Origin: Macrostomum hystrix
Taxonomy: Eukaryota; Animalia; Platyhelminthes
Direction of reading: 5' to 3'
Length of the DNA stretch: 64,000 bases
NCBI GenBank assembly: GCA_950097015.1
Contig: CATNEN010000003.1
Location: 11,160,001 to 11,224,000, forward strand
Made by a program: the position numbers and the translations under genes. Shown piece by piece: positions 32,801 through 43,701 of this stretch. How positions within the stretch are numbered: the stretch's first letter is position 1; every line of letters begins with the position of its first letter. Under the pieces are notes generated by a model. The model saw only the letters and a list, made by a program, of their open reading frames with translations, searched no databases and was not told the origin of the DNA.

Positions 32801-35800
32801 CAGAGCAGCACGATCTGGTGTCTGCAAATACCACCTTCCGCAAACCTGCCAGCCGGCTCGCGACCTTTACCGGCTGTAAACGGAGAAGGCGAAATGCAAC
32901 CGGCCGTAACGCGACTTGCAGGCTAGCGCAGTTAGACCACGTGCTACTGCGCACTCGCGAACGCCGCCGAGCATTGAATTGCGACACCGTCAGACCACTG
33001 GCCGTGGGGTCAGACCATAAGTTGCTGTTCTGTGACTTGCGTCTCCGTGACCCCCTGTACCGACCACCGAAGAAAAGACCGAGGCGTTTCTTTAGAGCAC
33101 TGCGGAACCCAGCAACTAGGAACCGCTTCTCTCGCGCCTTCTCCACCGGGCTGGGCGACACCCACAACGCTCAGTATGGTGACATATGCGCCGCAATCCA
33201 CACCGCGGCGGAAAGCACGCTACCACTCGTGCGTCCACCGCAGCGCTCACAACCAGTGTGGATGAGCGACCCAGCGATCAGAGAGGCCCAAGATCGAGTG
33301 CAGCGACTCAGGAGGAGCAGGCACACAACAGACGAGGCGGAAAAGACCCTCGCCATTGTCTACAAAGAGCAGCAGCTGGCTGCCGTGAGCGAGGCCATCC
33401 GCGCCGTCACCTCCGCCGCCCCGGACAGGAAAAGCGGCACCGTGTGGACTGCCATCAACACCCTCACTGGCAGGAAGCAACGCACGGCGCTCAACCTGGT
33501 TGGGGACACGCCGGATGAGCGCAAGAACAGCCTACGGGACTTTTTCGCTAGCATAGTGAATGCGCCACCACCTGCACTCCCTGATGTGCTGGCGCTGCCC
33601 CCTGACACGCCACTGCCGCCTCCGCATCATTTCTGTACCGGCCATGTGACCGCAATCGATGTTTGTCAGCTCGCCAAGAAGATCCCAGGCGGCAAGGCAA
33701 CGGGTCCCGACGAAGTTCCCAACGAGGTGCTCAGACTGCCCAAGGTCGCCCAGGAGATCGCCAGGGTGATCAACAACGTTCTCGATACTGGCGTCGCACC
33801 TCCGGAGTGGACCCGAGCACATATCGTCGGAATCCCCAAGAAGCCGGGCACCAACAAGATTGAAGAACATCGGGGCATCTCCCTGATGTCCTGTGCCGCC
33901 AAGCTGCACAACAAGCTGCTACTGTCGCGCTTGCAGCCAGTGCTGGACCCTTACCTGCGGTACGAGCAGAATGGGTTCCGGCCACGACGTGGTACAGTCA
34001 CGCAAATTCTGGCGCTCCGGAGAATTATCGAGGAATCGCGCATTCGCCAGTCGGACCTTTTCTGTCTGTTCATCGACTTCCTGAAGGCTTTCGACTCGGT
34101 GGCTCGAGGCGTGATTCCACTAGTTCTCCGAGCCTACAACGTGCCAGAGAAACTGATTGCAGCAGTGATGGCGCTCTACCACGACACGCACGCTGCTGTG
34201 ATCACACCTGACGGCCTTTCCGACTTCTTCACCACCTCATCCGGAGTCCTGCAAGGAGACACCCTCGCTCCCTTCCTGTTCATCCTCATCTTGGACTGGG
34301 TGCTGCGGACAGGACTACCGGACAACTCGGACGGCTACATCCTATGCAGGCGAACGAGCAGCCGGCACCCGGAGAAGCGGCTGGCAGTCCTCGGATATGC
34401 TGATGACCTCGCCCTGCTGGCATCCACTGCTGCTGGTGCTCAACGCCTCCTCGACGGCCTAGCTGCTGCCGCTGCGAAGGTTGGCCTTAAGATCAACGCC
34501 AAGAAGACGGAGGTCCTGACTGTGCCAGCCGATCTGCCAGCGGTCATCCGCCTTCCCAGCATGGACAGCGCAATGGCAGCACCGCTCCCCCGATGTGAGC
34601 AGTTCCGGTACCTTGGTGGTCTCGTGCCCAGCGTCCAGGAGGACCTGCGGCGTCGCAGAGGGCTTGCGTGGGCGGCTTTCCGCTCAGTGCGCATCGTGCT
34701 CCAAAGCGACGCCCTGCCAGACCAGCTGAGAACCAGACTGTTCCAGGCGGTGGTGGAAACGGTGCTCTTCTACAACGCCGAGACCTGGACCATGACGGAT
34801 GTGCTGGAGCGCCAGCTGGACGCGGCGCACTCCAGCCTGCTGCGCGCTGCCTTCAGCGTGCACCGTCACGCCGAACACGTCACCAACCAGGCTCTCTACC
34901 AGCGGGCCAAGCTGAGCCCTCCCAGCGTGACCCTGCGACAGCGCCGCCTGAAGCTGGCGGGCCACGTCATTCGCGCCGAGTCCTACTGCCCGGAGCCGCT
35001 GCAGGAGGTCTTGCTGTACACGCAGCAGGGCCCGTTCCGGCGGGGGCAGGCGCGGACCCGGAGGTTCGTCGACTGTCTGACAGAAGACGCCAGGGCGCCT
35101 GATCAGATCAATGGCGCTACCTTCATCAGAGACTGCGCAGCTAAGCGTGCTTTTTGACAATGTCCCCCCCTTTCCTGACCACTTGTGGCCGGTGGCCATT
35201 GTATTTATTGTATATTGTATTATTATTGTATCTAGTCGATTTGCAGCACATTTTAGTTAGCAAAGTTTCGGTACCGTGGCGTCAAACAAAAATAATTTGT
35301 ATCAATCTTCAGGCCTCGCTCTGCTCCTGAGTCTCGCCCAGCCGGCCCGCTGTGGCAGCGAGGTCGAGTGGCTCAGAGTGGAGACGCCACAGTGTCTTCC
35401 CGACGCTCTGGCTCTGCAGACCAGGTGAGTGTCAAGCTAGCTCATGTGCGTCGGCATTGCGAACACATTGAGCAGTCTGTTGGTGCCCAGTTCGACGCGG
35501 ACACTCGCTAGTGCTCGCTGTTCAAGTACATTGTCGTGTGCCACCTCATCGATGGACAAGCCAGCAGTGGGATCTACGCACTGCACAGCTGTGCTGCATT
35601 CGCCAATGCCAGAGCCTTCAAGTTCATGACGCTGAACAGGAAGCTGATGAGCAGTTCGGGCTCGAAGCTGCGTGTAGCCTGGGTGATGAGTGACGATGAG
35701 GAAGCCAGCAAGAGCAACGACTGAGTCAGTCGAGTTCAGCAGTGAAGGAGCCCCAAGTTTGATGGGAAAGCGTCCAAGATGTGGATGGACAATGTTGGCT

Positions 35801-38800
35801 TCGGACAGGCGCAGCAGGGACTAACTTTGCTGATGCGGCTAAGGCAGATTGGAATGGCACCAGTACTTATGCGTGTTGAGTGCGGCACGAAGTATTATAG
35901 GCCTCCTACTTTGTATGGACCGATTTTCTTCAGAAACAACGAAACCACCAACGGGTCCTTAGCTTTGTGGCCTTCAACTATTTTATCACCCAACAGTTTT
36001 GTTGACTTCGCTGTCATCCCGCGTTCACATAATCTGAATCAGCTAAACACGATCTACGATTCCATTGTGGCTCCTGCATGGGAGTTTCATCAGTACAGCG
36101 TGAAAGTCGCGCCGGACTATTATAACTCATCGTCTTGCTTCACGTTGGGGTTCAGCTACTCTCATGGCGACCTGCTGAACGGCACCGTGCGAGCCGTTGC
36201 TGTTTTCAATGACACCTCGAATGAAACTGAGACGAGCGCTATCTTCAAACTGATGCACTGAAAGCTTCTCAAAATATAGCACATGCCTATTCTTACTAAG
36301 ATGACAGTCAGATCATTAGACGCCATTAGACGATCATTAGAGAAAGTATTTACAGCAATCGCGAACCTGCTCGAAAAAATACTCAAAGTGGCTTTTAGTT
36401 TCGAATTAAACTGAGCTGCGTTGCAACACAACTTATTATGCACTCGTATAATGCATGCACTGCTGCTTACTTCAGCAAGAATGAAATACTGTGCGAAGTA
36501 ATAGACGAAAATGATGTTTGCTTAGCAAATTATTGGCCCAGTAAATTTACTAGCAATGCTCTCACCTGGCACAAGTTGTCATGTGCATCCAGGTAGCATT
36601 ACGACCGGAGTAAGTCGGTGAGCAGGTCAGCTCAAACAGATGCAGAGTATTTTGAGGATCTACGGGATCTGCGGCGTTCTTCACCTGGAAGATATTTTCT
36701 ACACTCTTTTTGGCGTACAGGTGGAGCACAGCTCGACCGGAGCCCGTGATGCTGACCATCACCTCGCCCCAAGTGTCCGCATCTTCCAGGACAAACTGCT
36801 GCGATATGGACAGGTTTCGAGAGCTGAGCACAAAAGAAGCTGATTTAGAAATGTCTGAGCTTGGCTGCACATCGATTCGCATTTTGTAGATGCCTCGGTT
36901 CAGGTCGAACGCGGCCACCTCTCTCAGGGCTCGAATCGCGAACACGGTGTCCTGCGTTGAAATCCAACCATTAGCCGTGTTTTTAGTCTCTGTGAGAAAG
37001 TTGACAATCTGAGTGATGTTTTTGCTTCGGGGGTCAAGCTTAAACAATGTGAGCAGTGCGAAACTTGTGGCTTGAACTGCGAACGCGTCGTTTGGCCATT
37101 CGATACGCGGCTTGAGTAGAATCTTTCCAGCCGTGTCTGGCTCTCTGGTCAGCGGACGCACTTGTCGCAGAGCCCAGTACATATAGTTGTCTGTGCGGAC
37201 AGTTGCTAGAAGCATGTTCTTGGCGTTGTTCTTGCTCGTTGATTCTCCACTTTCGTCTAGTGTCAGTGCGTAGGCTGTCATTGCTAGGCAGAGGGCATTG
37301 TTGCTCATCTTTTTCAAATGACGCTTCAAATAATCGATAGCATGAGAAGCTATAGAATTCGCCAAGCTGGGAGATGCTTTCACCACGGCTGGCTGTTTCG
37401 TCGCTATGGCTACTAGAGCTGTGATAGGCACTCGTTCAAGGTACTTCGAGTATTGGTCGTTCACATTCTTATCGTTGATATATGAAGTGAAGTACTTCAT
37501 GTCCCACTTGATTTCGTCAGTGAAGGAACCCAGGAATTCTTGGTCTTCGGAACGATCTTGGTTTGCTTTCAGAAAAACAAGAAACTTTCTATATAGCTCA
37601 TCATTTATGTAGACTAGATGTTGCCATTCAGATAAGTCCGTTTCTGCTAAGGTGTACAGTCCAAAGGCGGTCAGGAAAGTGCTGGCCTCACTTAAGAATC
37701 TTTCAGGAAAGTTTGAAATTCCTCCGCTAGTGGGATCAATATAAAACGATAGCCTTGCAAACTGCGTGTTCACATAGTCCAAAGTGGCCGTCAATGTACT
37801 AGACTGAAGCTGACCTGTCGCCAGCAGGTAGCGCATTACCTGCACATTTCTGTTGATGTTGAACAGGACGCTCTCCGCGGAGCCCATTGGTTTCCAAACT
37901 GAGCAGGAGGCGTCGCAGAAAGTCTCGCTGGGTCCTAGCGAGGGACCAATCATGTCCCCGGAGACCGTCAGTGTTGCACCCTTTGATCCGGGGACGAAAC
38001 GGCGCCAGCGCTGCTCGGGCTCAACAAAAGACTGCTCAGGAATGAGAAAGAAATTCTGAGCCATCAGCACCGAGTTATCAACCAGATCCAACAGAATGGG
38101 CGTGCTGTACGAGTTTGAGACTCCGTTGATCTGCAAAAAAGTGGCCTCATTATAAAAATAGTTATATGTATTAACAGGCATTTCATAGATAAATTTTTTA
38201 ACATTAAAACTTACGGACACTTCAATTTTCACATTCGAGCATTCGCCACCGATAAATGAAAATGAGCAAAATGTGACAGTTGTAGCTCCAAGATGGCGAG
38301 GCAGGACAGGAAAGTGCACTGTTCTTTCACTACTAGCTTTAATGTAGACCAATGTGTGGACACTGGCGTTAGACCTCAGCTCGGGTGAATAGCTGTTCAC
38401 CTGACCGCCATGACCGACCGATACGAAGTCATAATCAGTGCTTGATCTCATTTCGACGATCGCCTGGAATTTTATAAATACAGAAAGTCGGCTTAACAGT
38501 ACAAAGACCAATCGGGTATTTCTTTTTCTGTATCTTCTGAAATAGTGAACCAATCGCACCAAAAATCCCGAGCACGCCTAAAATTTTCCGCTCTATCCGA
38601 TTAAAAAAGTTCCAGAATCACAAAACATTGCAAAACTATTGGAGAATGAATTATAAGCAGACCTCTGTCCAGTAATCCCAGCGGTTGAATAGGGCCACTC
38701 TGACCCCAATCTGCTCGCCCCAGATTGCAGTCTGCGGAGCTTCCAACACCATATAGAGCTTTCTGGCCGAAGTGAATCTTGTTGGAACTCTCTGAACCTG

Positions 38801-41800
38801 GATGCCCTCCGTCGGGTGGATGGCGATTGCGCCGATCACCCAGGAAGTTTCTAGTTTCGGAACTGCAGCCGTCTTTATCGACACCTTTCCGTCAGACAGA
38901 GGTCTACAATTGAAGCATGTAAGCAAACTCTACCGAACTTACTGGCAGGTTTCTTATAGCAATGCACGAGTAAATTCGCTCACTTGACATAGACGTCCTG
39001 CCAGAGCCATTCCGTGTCGTACACAAAGTGCCGATAAACCAGCTCAAAATTTGGCTCAACATAGCCGGGAAGGCTTTCAAGATCTTCGGATTCGCAGTTT
39101 AGCTCGTCGACGCCAGTGACGCAGTCGATGTGTCCATTGCAGCGGTGCCTGTGTCCGTAGCACTCGTCAGGAGAGGCCGAGTAGCATGGGAAAGCTCGCT
39201 CCGGGTTTATGGTTTCGTTGCAGGTGTCTGCGGATTAATAATAATAATAACAATAATTAATTGCAGGAGGGCTGCAGGCAATGGCACATCATTTGGTGAC
39301 ACTAGACCCGCAACCAGCTAGGAGGCAATTCTACCCATTTCGCTGACTCCTGAGCAGACAGATTCTGTACGTAGGCACAAGCTCACACAGGTGTGTGCAT
39401 CTGCCCTGACTTTCTCATCGTCAGGAAGTGTACACTCTCACTGTGCCTTGGGGGTTGGCCTTTCAGAGCGTAAATTGCACGAAAATACTCCAAGTCTTCT
39501 CTCCTCGGCTGCGCCCTAAATAACAGTGGCCTCTCCGCGGAATCGAGCTTAGGGACCTTGGCGCGAGAGACAAATGCGTTAACTGCTCTGACACTGACCC
39601 CCTGAACTCATGACCGAAATCTCTTGCACTAGTAAGAGCGCGCCAACATGGTTTAGTTAATTCGCAGTCTTACGAGAAAACGAAAGCATTGTGTAGTTGC
39701 TATCCGAGAACAAAATCAGTCCTGAATAGTTCATTGTCTTGTTCGCGTCCGGTCCCACTGTCGGCGCAGGAAAATAGGCGGCTTTCGGGACGTTGGAGGT
39801 GTCCTCGAACCAGCGAATCCGGAGCGGACTCGCCGCTTGTCGCTCATAGTTGACTTGTTCGTCAAGTATCTGTCAATTTTGAGAAGGTATCATCGATGTG
39901 ACATTCCATTGCTCATGGCAAGGTGCATGCTAACACTGAGAAATCAATTCTTGCATTGATAAAACGTATAAAAACTTTAATGCATATGAGTCAGATACTA
40001 AAGCGATCCTACATGCCGCGTCTAAAGTTACTAAAATTACTGAGGACACAAGAGTAAGTGTGACACTCCAATGATTATGAACCAAAAGCTTAGACAGACT
40101 TTTTACACTCACTACACTTACAGTCTACTTTCCGTGCAGAATAATAAGTTAAGGTATAGAGCACTAGCAGGTGTTGTAGCCCAGTAGTTAGAGCGCAAGA
40201 CTCACGACTTGAAGGTCGGGGGTTCGATTCTCGACTGCACTAAAACAATGTGTGTCCTTTAGCAAGACAATTCACTCTGCATTGCTTCAGTTCACCCAGC
40301 TGTTAAATGGGTACCAGCATTAGCCGGGGGTAACTGAGGGTGGGTGTGGCGTCCCCGCAGTCAATGGACTGAGCAGCCGTACGCAGCCTTCAGATGCGCC
40401 GCGCAATAGCTGCGGCTGCGCTGTCGGCTGCACATCTGGCCCAATCGGGGCAGGTATAATTAATTATTTTTCATCGTTCTGACTTTTTTATATAAAAATG
40501 CACCTGCGTCTAGTCCATTGTAATGATTCATATTAATAATTAGAATCCTGATTTTTGTTGTCCCGATGCGGCACATACTGAGGACAATGTACACTTGAGT
40601 TGATTGACGTCAGACTGCCCCTCACCGCATCGTGCTCCAGGATGACCCGGGACCCGAACCTCAGGTACAGGTCGTAGGGCATCGCGGACAGCAGGGCGAA
40701 GGATCCGGGAGCCGCGCCAGACACCCAGCCGGTGATGGTCTTTCCTGACAGGTCGGAGCCCTGGTTGATTGTCACAGTCACTGAGCTGATGCTCAGCAGT
40801 TCCACGAAGAAGCTCAGCGAGTCGGTGACCAGCTCGCCGTCAGGTTTCATGAAGTAGGCCACGATCCTGGCCACTGGAGCCATCTCCCGCGACAGGGCGA
40901 ACGAGAAGGTCTTCGACAACACCCCGGCTGGCATCCGGACGATGTCGCTGAACAGAATATTGCCCTCAGCCTGGACCAGGTAGTAGATTTGAGAGGTATA
41001 GTAAGTGCTCTGAACATTGAACACAATGTAGCTGTCCACGGTAGGCCTGGCTGTTGATGTGGTCACCCTGAGGTAAGCCCCGGTAGCTGAGTAATGACGG
41101 AAGATGAATTGTTCGGCTGTTCTGGCTAACGAAGTGCCAACCGACTGCAGGATTGCCACAAGCCGGTAGTTGATGCAGTCTCGAGTAGTTTTCAGTGTGT
41201 AGCGAATCACCGAATCGTCTGGTATGGGAATGCGCGGCTCTCTCTTGATTGTTTTACTAGTGTCGCAGTAGACAGTGATGTCCAAGTGTCTGTTTCTAAA
41301 GTCTGGCCTCTGACCATCGGGTTGAAAAATCCACAACTGAAAATGGGAGAAACGGGGCATTTTTTAAAACTAAGATTCGTTATTAATGAGGGCAATCTAA
41401 GCCTTCATAAACTTTGAGATTCTGACACTACTGGACACTAAATTTAACTAAGCATTTTGAAAAAGAGAATTGTTCCTAGATTGTCCGAGTAGGTAACTTG
41501 TTAATTTCACCTATTTCTTCACTACAACGGCTTCATTTACCAGGGCGGTGAACGGAAACCCCGGTTTGAACTGGCGAACTCTGCCACCAATGAACTTGAT
41601 GTCAGCAACCTCCCTGAAGATTACAGTGCGAGCTGAGCTTGTCTCAGTCACCAGATGCTCCCAGTCGAACACTGAGGCGTCCGCCTGAACCAGAACGTCA
41701 CTTGGATTTGCCTGAAGCTTCAGGGCCTCTTTGATTTCTGTCATTGTGAATAGAAACTCGGAGCGTCCACCGAACTGAAAAATATTGTTGAAAATGGGAA

Positions 41801-43701
41801 GCTGGCGAGACCTCTCATTTTCAGAGCCGATTTTGATCAAACGGGATCTCCTAGCACGTGAGCATAGCTACTCACAAACGGGATCTCCTTAGTCATGACC
41901 CCCAGAAGGGTGGCGGGAGCTGCTCTGGTCCTGAACACGAGCCTGATGGTTGCGTTGCCCTTGGACGGAACGTTGGTCGTATGGTTGGCCTCCAGAATGC
42001 CATAGACTCCGAAGGCAAACTCCGACAGACGCTGCGGAAGGGTCACATTCACCGAGATCATGCTCCTCATCGTGTTGAAGGTCACCGTGAAGACTTTCTC
42101 GATCGTGAAGGTCTCCCTGATGCAGCGGACGCGCCACTCGCCGTGGTTGCTGGTGTCCGGCAGCTCCAGCTGCAGCTCGATGAAGCCGCGTGCCCCGGTC
42201 CTCGGCGACAGCCACCGTCTGACAGTCAGGCCGCTGGAGTCCACGACCTCGATGCTGGTGAACAGTCGATGTCTCACCAGCAGTTTGAAGTCGTACGGAA
42301 TCACCCGGAATCGGATGGTGTCTCCCATGGCGTACACCGGCTTCGAGAACTGGATGAAGGCTGCGAACTGGCGCGGCTCCAGCACCAGCTCCGTGCGATT
42401 GTGGAAGATCAGCCCGCCGAGAGGCTTCACGGAGCCCTCCACGTGCAGGCTGTAGTTTCCTGGTGTGATATAGTCTGGAATCTGCAAAGAATTGTCTTTT
42501 GTGCTGAAGCCTATTGTGTACTGCACGCAGTGGCTCAAACAACAACCTTTGGCAAATGCCGAAGGACATTAAGCTGGTAAGTTAACAGTAGACAGACCAC
42601 GGCCGGTAATTAAAATACCAACTGCCTACTTCACGAAAACTCCCAAACCGAATGACCGATTCTCTTGAAAGTGAACCGAATGAATCAAAAATTTCCGCCC
42701 TTTTCGACGAAATAGCTCGTGACTTTTAAAACTGTTCGACATCATCATCATCGAGATATTCAGCGATTTAAAATATAAAATATAAAATATAATCAATAAT
42801 AACAGCCGACATGGTAAAGTAACGATTTTTAGCAGAAAAACTAGCGCGCACTTTCATGCTTATTATCCTAGAACCGGGCGCATTGAAGGTGTCGGCAACG
42901 TGGGAAATTTCCATCTGGTTCGATCCATTGCCAGCATCTCGCATCACCGACACTCGCAGCGAAATGCTTTCGTAAAGCATGCGGAATATTGTCACGCTGG
43001 TTCGAAGCTCGTCATCTGGTCGGATGATTCTAGGAACCAGCACAAGGTAAGACCTGTCAAATGGATGTTGCGTCGGTATTGCATGAGATCATTATGATTA
43101 AAGTGAATCACTGGATTACGTGGCACAGTTTCTGAAGGATGTGGGGGATTTACTGAAGGATGTGGGAGATTTACTGAAGGATGTGGGGGAATTACTGAAG
43201 GATGTGGGAGATTTACTGAAGGATGCGGGGGATTTACTGACGGATGTGAGGGAATTACTGAAGGATGTGGGAGATTTACTGAAGAATGTAGGAGATTTAC
43301 TGAAGGATGTGGGAGATTTACTGAAGGGTGCGGGGGATTTACTGAAGGGTGCGGGGGATTTACTCAAGGATGTGGGAGATTTACTGAAGGATGTGGGAGA
43401 TTTACTGAAGGATGTGGGAGATTTACTGAAGGATGTGGGAGATTTACTGAAGGATGCGGGAGATTTACTGAAGGATGCGGGAGATTTACTGAAGGATGTG
43501 TCAAAGTCACCGAATCGTTGATATAAAGATAACAATAAGAAAACAATGCCAATGGTAGCACCATAATATTTACGGTGTAGGTGAAACGCTGATAGCATTG
43601 GCTGGAGCACCAATTGAACTCCGCGCTGACTCAAACCCACTGCAGATTAGGCAGGTGAAGATTAACAGTAGGAGCACGAACTCGATCCACCTCTTTGCCA
43701 T
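29808..43701 (-). CDS. Mcr: Macroglobulin complement-related (Mcr/TEP family) protein; exons 43701-43574, 43053-42852, 42481-41876, 41774-41541, 41336-40626, 39869-39674, 39227-38984, 38903-38663, 38463-38215, 38130-36566, 30987-30813, 30329-30221, 30010-29808
   Basis: Signal peptide MAKRWIEFVLLLLIF and MG domain FIQFSKPVYAMGDTIRFRV. LDLa module CNGHIDCVTGVDELNC and a degenerate thioester site (GSAES). GWISTQDT, receptor-binding SGMAVLSYSIPSGY, C-terminal VCKVCGSFQCPYCP and a hydrophobic tail. Introns are GT-AG. Confidence 0.88.
31955..35229 (+). mobile_element. RTE-like LINE in an Mcr intron
   Basis: Single APE+RT ORF, (TATTG)n-like 3' tail at 35198-35230, and 10-bp TSD ATCTAGTCGA (31945-31954 / 35230-35239). 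Confidence 0.9.
31987..35157 (+). CDS. APE endonuclease-reverse transcriptase, 1056 aa, intact
   Basis: TFNCRTL, LQEH, YAPT, GDLNA, LDH, SDH; HRGISL, FIDFLKAFDS, GVLQGDTLAP, YADD, FRYLG. Confidence 0.95.
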   Translation: MLTPPGDAAAAPASDCALLGRLGEPRPPAAAAKVSTKVRRGKRSVRRRIERRRERNRRGRLRGSNMRRQPTPSTEDLDLPGGAGDHEAQCQRAPAVPNCTLRLATFNCRTLKATWRRGLVAQLAQDLRLDILMLQEHSIVSGPNLQVEDLGGGWTLFYTSADKKGRGGVGALVNPRLRQSVRCLPLSPRLMRVDIRLRNRNARLFCAYAPTAAHPEEAGRFYDLLSAQLETIAQRDTLVVLGDLNAVMRQSASAPYVTSRENPNTDALVSLTEQHDLVSANTTFRKPASRLATFTGCKRRRRNATGRNATCRLAQLDHVLLRTRERRRALNCDTVRPLAVGSDHKLLFCDLRLRDPLYRPPKKRPRRFFRALRNPATRNRFSRAFSTGLGDTHNAQYGDICAAIHTAAESTLPLVRPPQRSQPVWMSDPAIREAQDRVQRLRRSRHTTDEAEKTLAIVYKEQQLAAVSEAIRAVTSAAPDRKSGTVWTAINTLTGRKQRTALNLVGDTPDERKNSLRDFFASIVNAPPPALPDVLALPPDTPLPPPHHFCTGHVTAIDVCQLAKKIPGGKATGPDEVPNEVLRLPKVAQEIARVINNVLDTGVAPPEWTRAHIVGIPKKPGTNKIEEHRGISLMSCAAKLHNKLLLSRLQPVLDPYLRYEQNGFRPRRGTVTQILALRRIIEESRIRQSDLFCLFIDFLKAFDSVARGVIPLVLRAYNVPEKLIAAVMALYHDTHAAVITPDGLSDFFTTSSGVLQGDTLAPFLFILILDWVLRTGLPDNSDGYILCRRTSSRHPEKRLAVLGYADDLALLASTAAGAQRLLDGLAAAAAKVGLKINAKKTEVLTVPADLPAVIRLPSMDSAMAAPLPRCEQFRYLGGLVPSVQEDLRRRRGLAWAAFRSVRIVLQSDALPDQLRTRLFQAVVETVLFYNAETWTMTDVLERQLDAAHSSLLRAAFSVHRHAEHVTNQALYQRAKLSPPSVTLRQRRLKLAGHVIRAESYCPEPLQEVLLYTQQGPFRRGQARTRRFVDCLTEDARAPDQINGATFIRDCAAKRAF
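35313..36261 (+). pseudogene. Disrupted secreted-protein gene nested antisense in an Mcr intron, with possible fibrinogen-like remnants
   Basis: Signal-like LALLLSLAQPARC after an acceptor, then in-frame stops, an SGIYAL segment and ORF 35779-36261 (GFG...LMRVE). Confidence 0.3.
39270..39600 (-). mobile_element. SINE-like repeat, family A (second long copy)
   Basis: Homologous to 19700-20045, with a B-box-like GCTCGATTCC in the head. Confidence 0.7.
40170..40465 (+). mobile_element. tRNA-derived CORE-like SINE
   Basis: A box TAGCCCAGTAG and B box GGTTCGATTCT, then a CORE-like GTGTGTCCTTTAGCAAGACAATTCAC...CTGTTAAATGGG. Fragments lie at ~31190-31380 and ~29700-29780 (minus). Confidence 0.75.
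43130..43500. repeat. 21-bp minisatellite (GATTTACTGAAGGATGTGGGA)n in Mcr intron 1
   Basis: Tandem periodicity. Confidence 0.95.

Noticed and set aside
39400-39430. CTGACGA-TGA-GAAA-GTC hammerhead-like string in SINE family A
   Set aside because: Stems II and III are absent. It is simply a CCTGAC/GTCAGG hairpin.
40170-40245. tRNA gene
   Set aside because: The acceptor stem is poor and the sequence continues into a CORE-like body with other copies, so it is a SINE head.
43116-43640. LLKDVGD / SKSPTSF repeat ORFs
   Set aside because: A 21-bp intronic minisatellite.
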